From positions 11,408,001 through 11,472,000 of the forward strand of contig CM075989.1 of the NCBI GenBank assembly GCA_038087875.1: a DNA stretch of 64,000 nt, in the 5' to 3' direction. Source of the DNA: Malacoraja senta (lineage: Eukaryota). A program made the translations under genes and the position numbers. Shown piece by piece: positions 39,958 through 51,737 of the stretch (positions within the stretch are counted from its first letter, which is position 1; every line of letters starts with the position of its first letter). The notes under the pieces were generated by a model. That model was not told the DNA's origin, searched no databases, and worked only from the letters and a program-made list of their open reading frames with translations.

Positions 39958-42245
39958 CAGGAGTCGACAACCTTGTTCTGCATAGGGGCCAGGACCCATG
40001 TCTCTGAGCGGATGGCAGGCCACATCTATCGCCATAGTTAATAAATGGAGGTAATAATAATATACTAACTAAACTTTGACTATATTTATATATTTAAGCA
40101 GTATTATGTCTACTGAACACAGCAGTTAGTTTGAGACACTGGTATTGAAACCACCCTCACCCCTCTCTGTCTGTCTGTTTCATAGCAGTTAGTGTGACAC
40201 TTGGTGTTGTTTTTCGCTCGACAGTCTCTCAATATTAGGTGACAGGCTGGAAGAGGCCAGATGCAAGATGCCATCTAAATGGGCATCAGTCAGTCAGTTT
40301 CTTAATTTACTCTTTGTGCATTTCATTTTTGAGAAGAGTTGCTCGCACATGTAAGTACTGCCGAACATTGATGGCATTTTGTTCGCGTGATCTACCAGGT
40401 TGGTATACATACCAGTTTCAAGAAGGTATATCTTGTGGAACACTAGTAGAGATACGTCCATTGCATTAAATTTAGATCTTAATACATCGTTGCACTGCAC
40501 CTCAATAAGGTCCATTTGAACATTTTCTGGTGCGATGTCGATGTCCACCCCAAATGGAGTGGCAAACAGCCAGAATTCGCTTGTGTGTGAGCGAATGTCA
40601 GCGAAACGTAAAGAAACACAGTTTTCAAGTCACGTATCAGTCACAAATGTGTTGGTGTCTGTCGGTTTGGTCTCCTGAAGTTTAGTGAAATGAGCGTAGC
40701 ATGATTTCTCAAGTTGGCATTCCCACAGTCGTAGTTTTGTTTCGAAGGCGACGACGTGTCCACACATCTCATGTATGAGTTGATTTTTTCCCTGAAGTTG
40801 CAAGTTGAGGTTGTTTAAATGAGCTGTTACATCTACCAGAAATGCTAGACTCGAAAGCCATTTAGGATTACGAAATTCTGAGGCATTCACATTTTTACCT
40901 TCGAGGAATGTTGCTATTTCTTCCCACAGAGCGTATACATTGCACCTCGACTGCGCCACCGAACGTCGCAGAAGTAGAGCATGTCTCCATACTGGGCCAT
41001 TGCTTCCGACAAAAGTTGTTGAAACTGACGATGGTTCAGTGCCCGAGACAATATCAGATTTACTGCTCTTACCACTACGTCCATCACATCCTTCAAATTT
41101 GAAGACTTGGCACACAATGCTTCCTGGTGGATTAGGTAGTGCAATTTTTTATTTTGTGGTTAATTCCAAGGCCTTCCATATGGTTTTGAAGCAAAGCAAC
41201 AACACCTTTCTTTTCTCCAACCATTGCTGGCGCTCCATCAGTTGTATATCCAGCTCCATGTTGATAGTACACTTGAGCAATGCTTCAAGAATGTCTGCTC
41301 CTGTGGTAGTACCCTTCATAGGTACCAGTTGAACAAACTCCTCAACAGTGTAGAAAGCTGAATTTACTCCACGTACAAACACTGCAAGCTGAGCGGTGTC
41401 TTTAGTATCTGTACTCTCATCGAGCGCTATTGAAAAGAACTGGAAATGTTTGCAATAGTTCTTTAAACAGTTTTTCACATCCGCTGACATTTGTTCTATT
41501 CGTCGTGCAACTGTTCTTGCAGGGAGACTGACATTTGAAAATGAAATCTTTTTCTCAGGACACAGAATGTCCACAACTGCCATCAAACATTCTTTCACAA
41601 AATCTCTGTCAGTGAAGGGATTCATTTTTTCTGCTATCAACTTAGAAACCGCGTAGCTAGCACGCGTGTTCCTTTCTGATTCTACACTTTATTTCTTGAA
41701 CATCAGACTTTGATTTGCCAGACCCCATTTAAGGTTATGAACTTCGTGCTTCCTTGCTTGCCCATTAATTTCACTCAATTTCAGGTGTTTTGTTTCATAG
41801 TGCCACCTGATGTTGAACTTCTTGTTCACACTAACACTTGCGTGGCAGATAAGGCATGTGGGCATGCCGAAGTGCTATATAAAGAAGTACTTTTCTGTCC
41901 AAGTGTCTTGGAAGACTCGGCACTCAGCATCCACCTTCCTGCGTTTTGTAGCCATTAGGGTCGCCATAACATTTCTAAGACTCAATTTATCGTCTTTTCA
42001 TGCCCTTCCTAGTACTTCGTTCACTGCCTCATATCTCGACTGTAAACCGCACCGTGATTAGCCGTTGAGCGGAAGGGAGGGAGGGTTTTGAGAAAGTCGC
42101 TTTCCACCACAGTTAATCGAAGTTTTGCCGCGCTCACTGTCTGCGCTTGTTCTAGGATTCTAAATGACGGAAGTCCTCAGAAAAAGAAAAAAAAACGCCT
42201 GCGGGTTGGATGATTTCGGGTTACGGGCCAGATTGCCGACCCCTG
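39958..42245 (-). mobile_element. hAT DNA transposon, Charlie/SPIN (GTF2IRD2-like transposase) type, full-length but decayed
   Basis: TIRs CAGGAGTCGACAACC / CAGGGGTCGGCAATC; near-TSD TTCTAGAG / CTCCAGAG; inserted in a CR1 fragment. Confidence 0.92.
40189..41967 (-). pseudogene. hAT transposase pseudogene (stops and frameshifts)
   Basis: Fragments KRRKVDAECRVFQDTWTEKYFF, FSIALDESTDTKDTAQLAVFVRG, IHQEALCAK, WLSSLAFLVDVTAHLNNLNLQLQGK and MFGSTYMCEQLFSKM, ending SEKQHQVSH*. Confidence 0.92.
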
Positions 42246-43273
42246 CTCCAGAGAAATAAATTCCAATTTGTCCGACCTTTCCAAAGAAACCAATTCAAGC
42301 CTGCCACCCTGTTGCAAACTGGATTCAACACTGGCTGGATGATAGGAGGCACAGTGGTGGATGGGTGTCTTTCTGACAGTTGTGTACCACGGGATCAATG
42401 CTGGGACCTTTCTGCTTGTAATATATATATATATTAGTGCTTTGGATAAGAATGATTGGTAAGCTTGCAGCCAACATGAAAATTGGTGAAGTTGTAAGTC
42501 GGGAAGATTGTCTCAGGATATGGCAAATATAGATCAGGTGGAAAGTTGGGCAGATAGAATTTAACCTAGAAAACTATGAGATAATGCCTTTGACGGGTCA
42601 AATTCTTGTGGGACATATCGAGTAAATGACAGGGTCCGCTGGAACATTAGCATAAAATCCTTGGGGTACATCCACAGCTCCCTGACAGCGATGTAGAAAG
42701 TCGTTATTGTCAAAATGTAACTCAGTGAAGATTAGTGACTTCAGGAGAGAATAATTTTACCCAGGTGTGTTGCTCAGATTCTCTGAACACAACACAGATC
42801 CACGAGGAACACAAGCAACTAAAAACTTGGCAATGCATACTATACAAAATTAGCTCTCTCTAGAATAGAGAAAAAGATTGCAAAGAAAGTTACATTGAAT
42901 ATTGTAACAAAATGAGTGGGTGCAAATGAAATGACAGACACACACGTATTCAATCAAAGCAGCAACAATTATGGTTAATATTATTTAAAAAGTTAATATC
43001 AAAGGAGAACAAAAAATAAAAATATTAACTTTCTGGAAGAAGGGTGATGGGAGAGAAAGCAGATCAGTAGAAAAATAATGAATTTTACTCTTTGGGCTTT
43101 AGTAATGTCTGTACTCTTTTATATAAGGGATTAATGCTTTGAGGAGTTGCATGGGTATCTGTAATATTTCTAAAAGTTTGTAAGCCAACATAAACTGTGA
43201 TCAGAAATACAACTGTAGAGAGGCAATATTATTAACTACTTGTGTCAAAAGTAAGTAATACGAAGTTCCCTGA

Positions 43274-43505
43274 AGGGCTGCAGTGGCGCAGCGGTAAAAT
43301 TGCTGCCTTACAGCGCCAGAGACACGGGTTCGATCCCGACTATCTGTATAGAGTTTGTACTTTCTCCCCGTGACCGTGTGGGTTTTCTCCAAGATATTCA
43401 GTTTCCTCCCACACTCCAAAGACATACAGGTCTGTAGGTTAATTGGCTTGGTGTAAGTGCAAATTGTCCCCCGTAGTGTTAACGTGGGGGGATCGTTAGT
43501 TGGTG
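43274..43505 (+). mobile_element. tRNA-derived V-SINE (HE1-like)
   Basis: GTGGCGCAGCGGTA...GGTTCGATCCCG head plus the same central domain. Confidence 0.8.
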
Positions 43506-43811
43506 CAAGATTAAAACTGAATATTGAACTATATATGTTTCATGTAGCTTGTCCTACTTTCAGCAGTACCCATACCAATGTCAGGTTCAACATTTCAAAA
43601 CATCTTAAACAAATGTTATTGCTGCAACACAGATTCTCTATCAAGAAGCTGGAGAATGAAAATAAGATGTAAAACAGGGGTCGGCAACCTTGTTCTGCAT
43701 AGGGGCCAAGACCCATGTCGGTGAGCGGATGTCGGGCCACATCTATCGCCATAGTGTAACACTTGGTGTTGTTTTTCACATTATTTTTCACGTGTTTTTC
43801 AATTAGTTTTC

Positions 43812-44635
43812 TGCAGTTCCCAGGTCCCTCGTGTGCCCTGGGACTGGCTGCAGTTCCCAGGATGGATCACCTGCCCCGGGACTGGCTGTAGCGCCCAGGT
43901 CAGCTCACCTGCCCTGGGACTGGCTGTAGTGCCCAGGTCGGCTCGCCTGCCCCGGGACTGGCTGTAGCGCCCAGGTCATCTCACCTGCCCCGGGACTGGC
44001 TGTACAAGATACAAGATACATATATTTGTCACATGTACCAGTTGGTACAGTGAAATGCGATCCAGGTAGGCATTGCCTTGCCACGGTGAATCCAGGGCTG
44101 CGCCGCTGCCGCTGAAGCTCTGGTCCGGTCCCCGGCAGGAAAGGCCGCTCCAATCCAGGTGGTAGGCCGCGAGGAGCGGGGCGAGGACGCGACTCGGAGA
44201 ACAGTCGCATCCTCGCCAGGAAGCGACTGGGAAACGGTTTCCCCATTACCCTAACCCCCTCCCCCACATAGATAAACTAAAGAATCCCCAAAACAAACTG
44301 TTTAGACAAACTAAAGTTAAAAAAAGATAGAAAAAAACTGACAGACTGTAGGCAGAGGCTGCCTTCAATGCAGCGCCACTAGCTGTGGTGCCCAGGTCGG
44401 CTCGCCTGCCCGGGACTGGCTTAGAGCCCAGGTTGGCTTGCCTGCCCCGGGACTGGCTGTAACGCCCAGGTCGGCTCGCCTGCCCTGGGACACCCAGGTC
44501 GCCTGTGTGCTCCGTGACTGGCTGCAGTTCCCAGGTCGCCTGCGTGCCCCGGGATTGGCTGCAGTTCCCAGGTCGGCTCGCTTGCTCCAGGTCTGGCTGT
44601 AGCGCTCAGGTCGCCTGCGTGCCCCGGGACTGGCC
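43812..44635. repeat. Degenerate tandem minisatellite, unit approx CCCAGGTCGGCTCGCCTGCCCCGGGACTGGCTGTAGCG, split by a nested insertion
   Basis: Repeated units visible at 43812-44003 and 44378-44635. Confidence 0.88.
44004..44377 (-). mobile_element. Short retroposon nested in the minisatellite
   Basis: (TATCTTG)n-like tail at the left end; near-TSD ACTGGCTGT / ACTAGCTGT; GC-rich body with a stem-loop at ~44180-44216. Confidence 0.6.
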
Positions 44636-46183
44636 CATGGGCTGTAGGTTGCTGACCCCTGATGTAAAAAGAAGCTGCATTTGACTGTTTTGTTCTTGTT
44701 GAATTAAAAACATGCCCCAGCAAAAAGCAACAGTGAACAAATCCCCAACCAAAACATTAAGTAGCGGCCAAATTTTTCTTGTTCGTTATTTAATCACAAC
44801 ATTAAGCTTGGAAATGATGGGACAATGGATATTAAAATGATCACAAAGAGGAAAAATAACCATTTCCACATTAATGCAAGAAAATTAATTATGCAGCTAT
44901 TGCACAAAAAGTCTGAGGACTTCAGATCTACTTTAAATATAAAGTTGGCAACAAAATAAAATAACAGAAAATGTTGGAAATATTCAGTGGGTTAAGCTGT
45001 CTCCATGAAGAAACAGTCAGTGGTTCAGAACAATGATAAATGTATGTATTTAGCCTAAAACTGCTTCACTCTCCACAAATGCAGGGCTCGAAATTAACGG
45101 TTGCCCGGGTGCCAATGGCCACCTAAAGTCCCGCCGGGCAACCTAAAAGTCATGTCATTTTGCCCGGCTTGGCAAGCATCCGGGACACCTACCGTTCAAC
45201 GCTGAGTGGGCCCCCCTCTCTATCTCTCTCTCTCTGTCTCCGCCCGCCATCCATGTCCGGGCCGCCGAGTCTCCGCTCACCCGCCTTGCAGATGGGCACT
45301 GCCATGGCCAGCACATCCTCGGCTGCCCTGCACATGCGCACTACCATGGCCGTCACATCAACGGCCGCCCTGCACATGCACACTGCCAAGGCAACTGGTC
45401 AGCATCGGGCACTTTCTCCCTCACTTTGCATTGTGGGAGATCTGGCCACCATTACTGTCCGGTCGCCGCCTCGCCCGCTGAAACCCAACGCAGAATCACT
45501 CCCTGGAGTATCTCTTGCTTCTTGGTTTCCTGGACATCCAAAAATATTCCAAATGGAATTTAAACTGGTCCACCACCAGACTCCAAATTCTGAACAATAA
45601 CAGCCTATTGCACTTTATCTGTTTATTTATTGTGTATATATATGGTCTATGGTATACTGAACATTTATCTCCTGTTCTGTATTATGTTTACATATTCTGT
45701 TGTGCTGCAGCACGCAAGAATTTCATTGTCCTATCTGGGACACATGACAATAAAACTATCTTAACTCTTGACTTGGACTTAAGCCAAAAAGGGTTCTTGG
45801 GGGAAAAAAAAGTCTACCTTAAATTTAGTTGCGTCTGGTTGGGTAACTATGGTAGGGTGAAGACTATTCCATGCTTTAATTGTGCGGGGAACTCCATGGA
45901 GCAGCCAGCATCTCTGGATAAAATAAATTGGGTGACGTTTCGGGTAGAGACCCTTCTTTAGACTCCCTCTGGTTTTAGTGTTTTTAGTTTAATTTAAACC
46001 ACATCGACCACCGATCACCCGTACACTAGTTCTATCCCACACATTAGCGACGCAAGTCAAGAATGTTTTAATCTCTCACATCCCAGCTAGAACAATGGAA
46101 TCCTTACTTGCAGCAGCTCAACAGAATATGTAAAGATAGTACTCTGTAAACAATGTTATAAACGAGAAAACAAAATAGTGTAT

Positions 46184-46218
46184 ATTTATATATGAATATA
46201 TAACTCTATAAATATATT

Positions 46219-46259
<41 letters not shown>

Positions 46260-46290
46260 ATAATATATATACCCACACGCACACAAACAA
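46184..46290. repeat. (TA)n-(TG)n compound microsatellite
   Basis: Directly visible. Confidence 0.9.
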
Positions 46291-46771
46291 TTTCCCTCCT
46301 GGGATTAATAAAGTTATATCGTATAGTATCGTGCGTGTAGGAAGGAACTGCAGATGCTGATTTAAACCGAAGAACAAAAAGCTGGAGTAACTCAACAGGT
46401 CAGACAGAATCCCTGGTCAAAAGGAAAATATTACGTTTTGGGTTGGGTCTGAAAAAGGTTCCTGCACACCTTTGGAATGTGGAAGGAAACAAGAGCACCC
46501 GGAGAAAACCGATGCGAACAAAGGGAAAAGGAGCAAACTCCATACAGACAGCACCCATATTCAGGATCAATTCCGGGTCTCAGGCACTTTTAGGCAGCAA
46601 CTTTATGGCTAATGTACTGCCCCGTAGTCTTGAACTGAATTAAAACATACAGTAGCTGTAAAGGGGGACATAGCGTGACTTAGAGATTTAAGGCTGAAAA
46701 TGGATAGTTTATTTTTTTTAGTAACCAAAGTTATCAACGTATAATTTTTTGTGTGTTGGAAAACAAAATAT

Positions 46772-47000
46772 AGTGGCACAACTGGTAGACTTGCTGCCTC
46801 ACACGCCAGAGATCTGTGTTCGATCCTGTCCTTGGGCACTGTCCGTGTTGAATTTGCACATTCTCTCTGCAAGCGTGTGTGTTTTCTCCTACATCCCAAA
46901 GACGCATTGGCTTTGTAGGTTAGTTTGTCTCGGTAAAATTGCCTCTAATGTGTCGGGAGTGGGTGAGGAAAGTGGGATAACAGAACTTGTGTGAATGGGT
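46772..47000 (+). mobile_element. tRNA-derived V-SINE (HE1-like); an inverted copy lies at ~46462-46620
   Basis: Similarity to the 12114 and 43274 copies. Confidence 0.7.
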
Positions 47001-47325
47001 GGTAGACAAAAAAGCCTGAGAAAATCAGCGGGTGAGGCAGCATCTATGGAGCGAAGGAATAGGCGACGTTTCGGGTCGAGACCCTTCTTCAGACTGATGT
47101 CGGGGGGGGGGAGGGGGGGGCGGAAAAAAGAAAGGAATAGGCGGAGACAGTAGGCTGTGGGAGAGCCATCACTCTGGCCATGGAGAAGGCCCAGGACAGA
47201 AAGGTCGGATTCGGAATGGGAGGGGGAGTTGAAGTGCTGAGCCACCGGGAGATCAGGTTGGTTATTGCGAACTGAGTTGAGGTGTTGTGCGAAGCGATCG
47301 AAAAGCCTGCGCTTGGTCTCACCGA
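47000..47325 (-). mobile_element. Penelope-like fragment with intact hammerhead core (47065-47092)
   Basis: GETKRRLFDRFAQHL...VAQHFNSPSH, plus CTGAAGA A GGGTCTCGACCC GAAA CGTC. Confidence 0.82.
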
Positions 47326-49529
47326 GGTTGATCATACGCTGAATAATCCAACCACATTTTTGTTTGGAAGTGGAAAGAAATAACAGAAATTGCATTCATT
47401 GCAACATGTAAAAATAGTTGAGATACTGTATTGTAATTTTGCTGCATGTCATTGTGGTATATATCATGTCTTGATTAGTGAATATGTTTAGTTTGTGACT
47501 TTATTTGAAGCAGAAATAATATGTGAATGCTTCATTGAGCATAATTCCGACTGGTAACTACGCACTTCGTCCGAGCACATTATCGCAATCGTCATGCAAG
47601 CCGTCTTAAATGACCACCTAAACTGTCATTTGGCAATCTAAAAAGCTGCCTAGGTTGCCCGGCTGGCATCAGAGAAAAAAAGTTAAGTGAGAGCCCTGAA
47701 ATGGTGCATAACCCGACATATTATCTGTATTCACAATTCTGATCTCAGCTATTTAATTGTGGATGGAAGAATCAGATAACAAATTGTACACCCAACAGCA
47801 ATAACAAAGCATTGAAATCACAGCACCACCTTCTTCCATGTGGAATGGCGTGTAACATGGAGATTCAGCCATTTTATAATGTAAACAAAAACAAAATTAC
47901 TCATTTTTTTGGGGAGGGATGGGGGAATAGTAAAAATGTGGAAGAAACAAACTGGTCAATGGAAAGAGTTAACAACACTGCCTTAAAATCAGAACTGAGA
48001 GGAAAAAATAGGCTACAATGAGAGAGATGAATACTATTTCTGACAGCTGTAAATAATCTGAACAGACAATGTTGTTTTCTGTGGCACAAATCCAGTGTGG
48101 AATTTTTTTCTTTTCAGGCTACAGGGACTGACACTCTATGGCTGGCGTCCAGCACTATACCAAGTGTGAAAACACTTTATCCATATATCATTTACTTACA
48201 TTTATATTCTGAAATGGAGATGAAATCATATCATGGAACCTCAATTCTAATCTATAATGAAAATGAACCAAACATTCCTGTTAGTTCAGACACGCATATT
48301 TTTTCCAGAGTTATTCAATAATTCCAAACAAACAAATATTCAGAAAAATACGCAAGGACAAAAACATGAAGAGACAATGTAAAGGGAAGTGGGATCAATT
48401 GTAATCTCTACCAAAGAACCATGAGCAGATTTGCTCTGTGCTTCGTAATTCTATAATATTTGTTTTAATTTGTTATTCATAAACTTGTCATCTCAGATAT
48501 TTGAGGTGACAATTTTGTGAATTGTCATAAATCTGGCATTTGAAAGCAAATCATCTAACGAGCAAAATCCACTCAATTTATCTAAATGAATTCTGATAGA
48601 AAACACATATGCTTTGGACTTGAATTTTTTTAAATATTGTAACATGGACTGATATAAAGTTACTGTTCTTGCATTCCAGGTTTCATTCCAGGTTCCATGC
48701 ATCTGGATCTGTGCCAACTACTATAAAATTGCGGTGCGTCATTATACGGAAATTGTTAAGATACCACAGATGAATTCAAATCTCACCATGCACTTTGTGA
48801 AATTAAATTCAATAAATCTGGCACGTTGTGGGTTGAAAGAAATACCGATGAAAATTGTCAATCATAAAAAAATTGAAACACAATAGATGGGTCTTAGTAA
48901 TCCTTTTGCAGTGAATAGGTATGTCATCAAAGCTTCCTCAGAAGTATAAATGGAAAATAAAGGTGTTGAGCCAAGGTTTCCTCGGTAGATAATCGTTGTG
49001 AGTTAAGCAGTTACCTCACTTGGCCTTTAGTGTGCCGTGGCACATGTCACATATGTTGCTTCCAATGTTTTGAATTTCTCCTGGGAGAAAGCCTAAAATC
49101 AGCTGTTATTGCAGGCCAGGTGATTTAAAAATTGGTAACTCCACTGAGACAAGCATGAAGCTGCCGCCAACTACTCAGCCTGCCTCCTCAAACATGCTTC
49201 AGTGGCAATCAGTAACCAGAACAGATGTGGAATGTCACAAGAGCTGACCGTGTGGCACTATGCGTAATTTGGCCAGGCAGGAGCACAAGACATGTAAACA
49301 GCTTATGCCCCTGAATTTCAGTCATTGACTTTTGTCACTAAATGCCCATAAGCACCACTGACCCATCAGCTCCATTAATGACCTTCCAGATTTTACATTT
49401 AAATCCATGCACACAAAATATTTCCAACAGCCTATAAAAATTATGCAAACCATGCCACTGAGGGTTATTATTCAACAGCTTCTGGAGGATTTGTGGGCAG
49501 AGGGCAGAGGGCAATGGAGTAGAGGTTGC

Positions 49530-49803
49530 ATGTTGGCGCAGCTGTAGTGTCGTTGCCTTTCTGCGCCAGAGACCCGGGTTCAACCCCGAGTATGGGTGCT
49601 GGCTCTACGGAATTTGTACTTTCTCCCTATGACCGCACGGATATTCTCCGGGTGCTCGTTTCTTCCCACACTCCAACAACATACATTTTGTTAGTTTGAG
49701 TAATTTGTAAAATTGTATAGAATAGTGCTAGTATACGGGGTGATTGTTGGTCGGTACAGACTTGGTGGGCCGAAGGGTATGTTTCTATGCTGTATGTCTA
49801 AAG
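49530..49803 (+). mobile_element. tRNA-derived V-SINE (HE1-like)
   Basis: GGCGCAGCTGTAG...GGGTTCAACCCCG head and family tail. Confidence 0.78.
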
Positions 49804-51039
49804 TAAAAGAGTAGCAGGGGACATGACAGAGGGCAATCGAAAACCTGAAAATAAGGAAAAGTGGCACCCAAGGGCTTTGGCGGGGGCAGGGTATGGGGGG
49901 GGGGGGGGGAAGGGGTTACGGGGGATGGGGACAAAGAGAGGGGAAGGGTTGGTTTCAGGGGGAAGGGAGGGGTTGGTGGGGTGGGGAAGGGTTCAAGGAT
50001 TCTTTATGGGGAGGAGACCTGGAAAAATTATGTTGCCTGGGATGGATGGATGGCTGAGAGGGATAATAGTATGTGGCTGGCAGTGGACAATGCTGGGTAG
50101 CCTGGACCTCCATATGGGGTGGGGCAGGGAGGTGGTAGATGGGTGTGGCAGATTTGGTTGTGGAGGATTAAGGTAGGAATGGAGGGGTATAACATTGAGG
50201 ATTAAACAGAAGGAGTGCTTCAAAGCGTAAGGGAGCGTGTGGCAGGAATGTGGCAGGAAGGGTTCAGGAGATAAGAGGATTTAGAGCAGTGTGGTCCAAG
50301 TGGGAGGAAGCAAGAAATCTGGGGGCAAATGGTGTGTGGTGCTGGTTGGTAGGGCTTAGCCAGGTAGCAAAGCAACATCGTGGTGCCAAGGGACCGAGGC
50401 ACCAGGGGATTATGGAGGGAGTGTGATGAATGGAAAAATTAGGCCACTCGGTCAGCTGATGTGGCTGTGAGGAATGTAGGAGTATAGCTAATGTGGGGGA
50501 TACAGAGGGATGTAGCAAGTGGAAGTACAAGGCAAGTGTGTGGGAGGGCACAGGTGTGTGCCTTGTGAAGGGAGAGGTGACCAATGTAGCAATTACAGAA
50601 GGGTATAGTCAATAGGGGTTATAGAACATGTGGCCTGTGGGAGGGGGGGGGGCAGTTGTCAGTGTAGGGAGTATTAAGAAGAGTGTGATCTATGGTGGTT
50701 GTGGTGGCATGGTCAGTCAGTGGAGATTACGACGGAGGGGGCGGGGCAAATGATGAGGGCTATGTGGTCAATGCCAATGGAGGAGGCTTAGGGTACAGAG
50801 GGGCAAACCCATCTCGGATGAATGGTTGGGAGGGGAAGGGCCATTGACTGGGATCAGTGCGAATGGGGCCAGTGGGAGTGGGGTCAATGGCAGTGGGGGC
50901 ATCGGAGAGGGCAGAGCTCCCCTATTAACTGAGGGGTGCTGGCAGTGGAGGAGGCGGGGTGCCCCTATAACTGGGGGCGCCGGGAAGAGGGCAGGAGGGG
51001 TTGGGGGCGGGGGCATGGTACCACTGGGTGGCCTCTGGC

Positions 51040-51660
51040 GCTGATGACCTTTCCTCCCCCCGGGACGACCATTCCGCGCCACCGCCGTCTCGGGCCCTTT
51101 GCTGACTCCGACGGTGGCCTAGCCTAAATCCAGGGCCCGGCTCCCCGAGGCCCGTGTCGCCCCGACGGACCGCCGCGGACATTGCCGATCTGTCTGTAGG
51201 CCTCAAATGCATCCTCGATCTGGAGTGGTAGCGGCGACCGGGCTGAGGCGCTGCGTTCAGCGCGGGGAGGCGGGCCCGGGCATCCCCTTTGTCAGTTGGC
51301 GGCCAGGGGAAGCCTGTACGCGGGGTAGACAGAGCCAGGCTTTTCCTCTTCCCCTGCCTCGCAGACTTACCAGGAGGCGAGTGGCCGCCGGGCCTGGGGG
51401 CCGCTCGGTGTCGCTACGCCGCCGCTCGCTGTTTACAATCGCCAACATTCGGGCGCCATTTCCCGCCGCCGCCGCGCCGCGCACACAGGGAGAGACGGAC
51501 GGCTCCCGGCCGGGAACCCGGATGCACCGCGTGCCCGCGCACGTTCGCTCAAAGGGGCTGCGCGTCCGCGTCCACCCGCGTGCCCGCGCACGCCATCCTC
51601 CGCCAAATACAAACCCCGGCTACAAGGTGTGGGCAGCTTGCAACCCAGCGGGCTGAATAT
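51040..51660 (-). promoter_or_regulatory. CpG-island promoter of CTDSPL2
   Basis: This is the only long CpG-dense unique segment in the window. It contains GCC repeats and YY1-like CGCCAT motifs (51454, 51591), and lies upstream of the first coding exon on the gene's strand. Confidence 0.82.
51371..51500 (-). other. CTDSPL2: Probable non-coding exon 1 of CTDSPL2 (TSS position unknown)
   Basis: Consensus donor CTG|gtaagt (gt at 51370-51369) inside the CpG island. Exon 2 has a splice acceptor upstream of its ATG, so an upstream exon is required. Confidence 0.72.
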
Positions 51661-51695
51661 TGATTTATCTAACTCCAAGTAATCTTGGTTCTCAG

Positions 51696-51729
51696 CAAAG
51701 ATACTAGAGGAGCTCCTCTAGTATCTTTG
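51696..51729. mobile_element. 34-bp perfect palindrome with 8-bp TSD (minimal MITE-like insertion)
   Basis: CAAAGATACTAGAGGAG|CTCCTCTAGTATCTTTG flanked by GTTCTCAG at 51688-51695 and 51730-51737. Confidence 0.75.
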
Positions 51730-51737
51730 GTTCTCAG

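Larger units (their letters stand above)
43675..44661. mobile_element. Non-autonomous hAT derivative containing a ~38-bp GC-rich minisatellite
   Basis: TIRs CAGGGGTCGGCAACCT / CAGGGGTCAGCAACCT; perfect 8-bp TSD ATGTAAAA (43667-43674, 44662-44669); the first ~80 bp match the 39958 end of the larger hAT. Confidence 0.9.
45082..47698. mobile_element. TIR DNA element with 5-bp TSD (hAT5-like), filled with nested SINE, LINE and Penelope pieces
   Basis: TIRs CAGGGCTCGAAATTAAC / CAGGGCTCTCACTTAAC; AAATG on both flanks; subterminal TTGCCCGG and ACCTAAA motifs at both ends. Confidence 0.68.

Noticed and set aside
43274-43345. tRNA gene (also at 12114, 46772 and 49530)
   Set aside because: The A/B-box heads continue into a shared SINE body and tail; these are SINEs, not tRNA genes.
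43812-44635. CRISPR-like array of ~38-bp repeats
   Set aside because: The units are directly tandem without unique spacers, there are no cas genes, and the context is eukaryotic; it is a minisatellite.
50768-51678. Several 60-150 aa ORFs across the CpG island
   Set aside because: Expected from stop-codon scarcity in GC-rich DNA; low-complexity translations with no recognisable domain.
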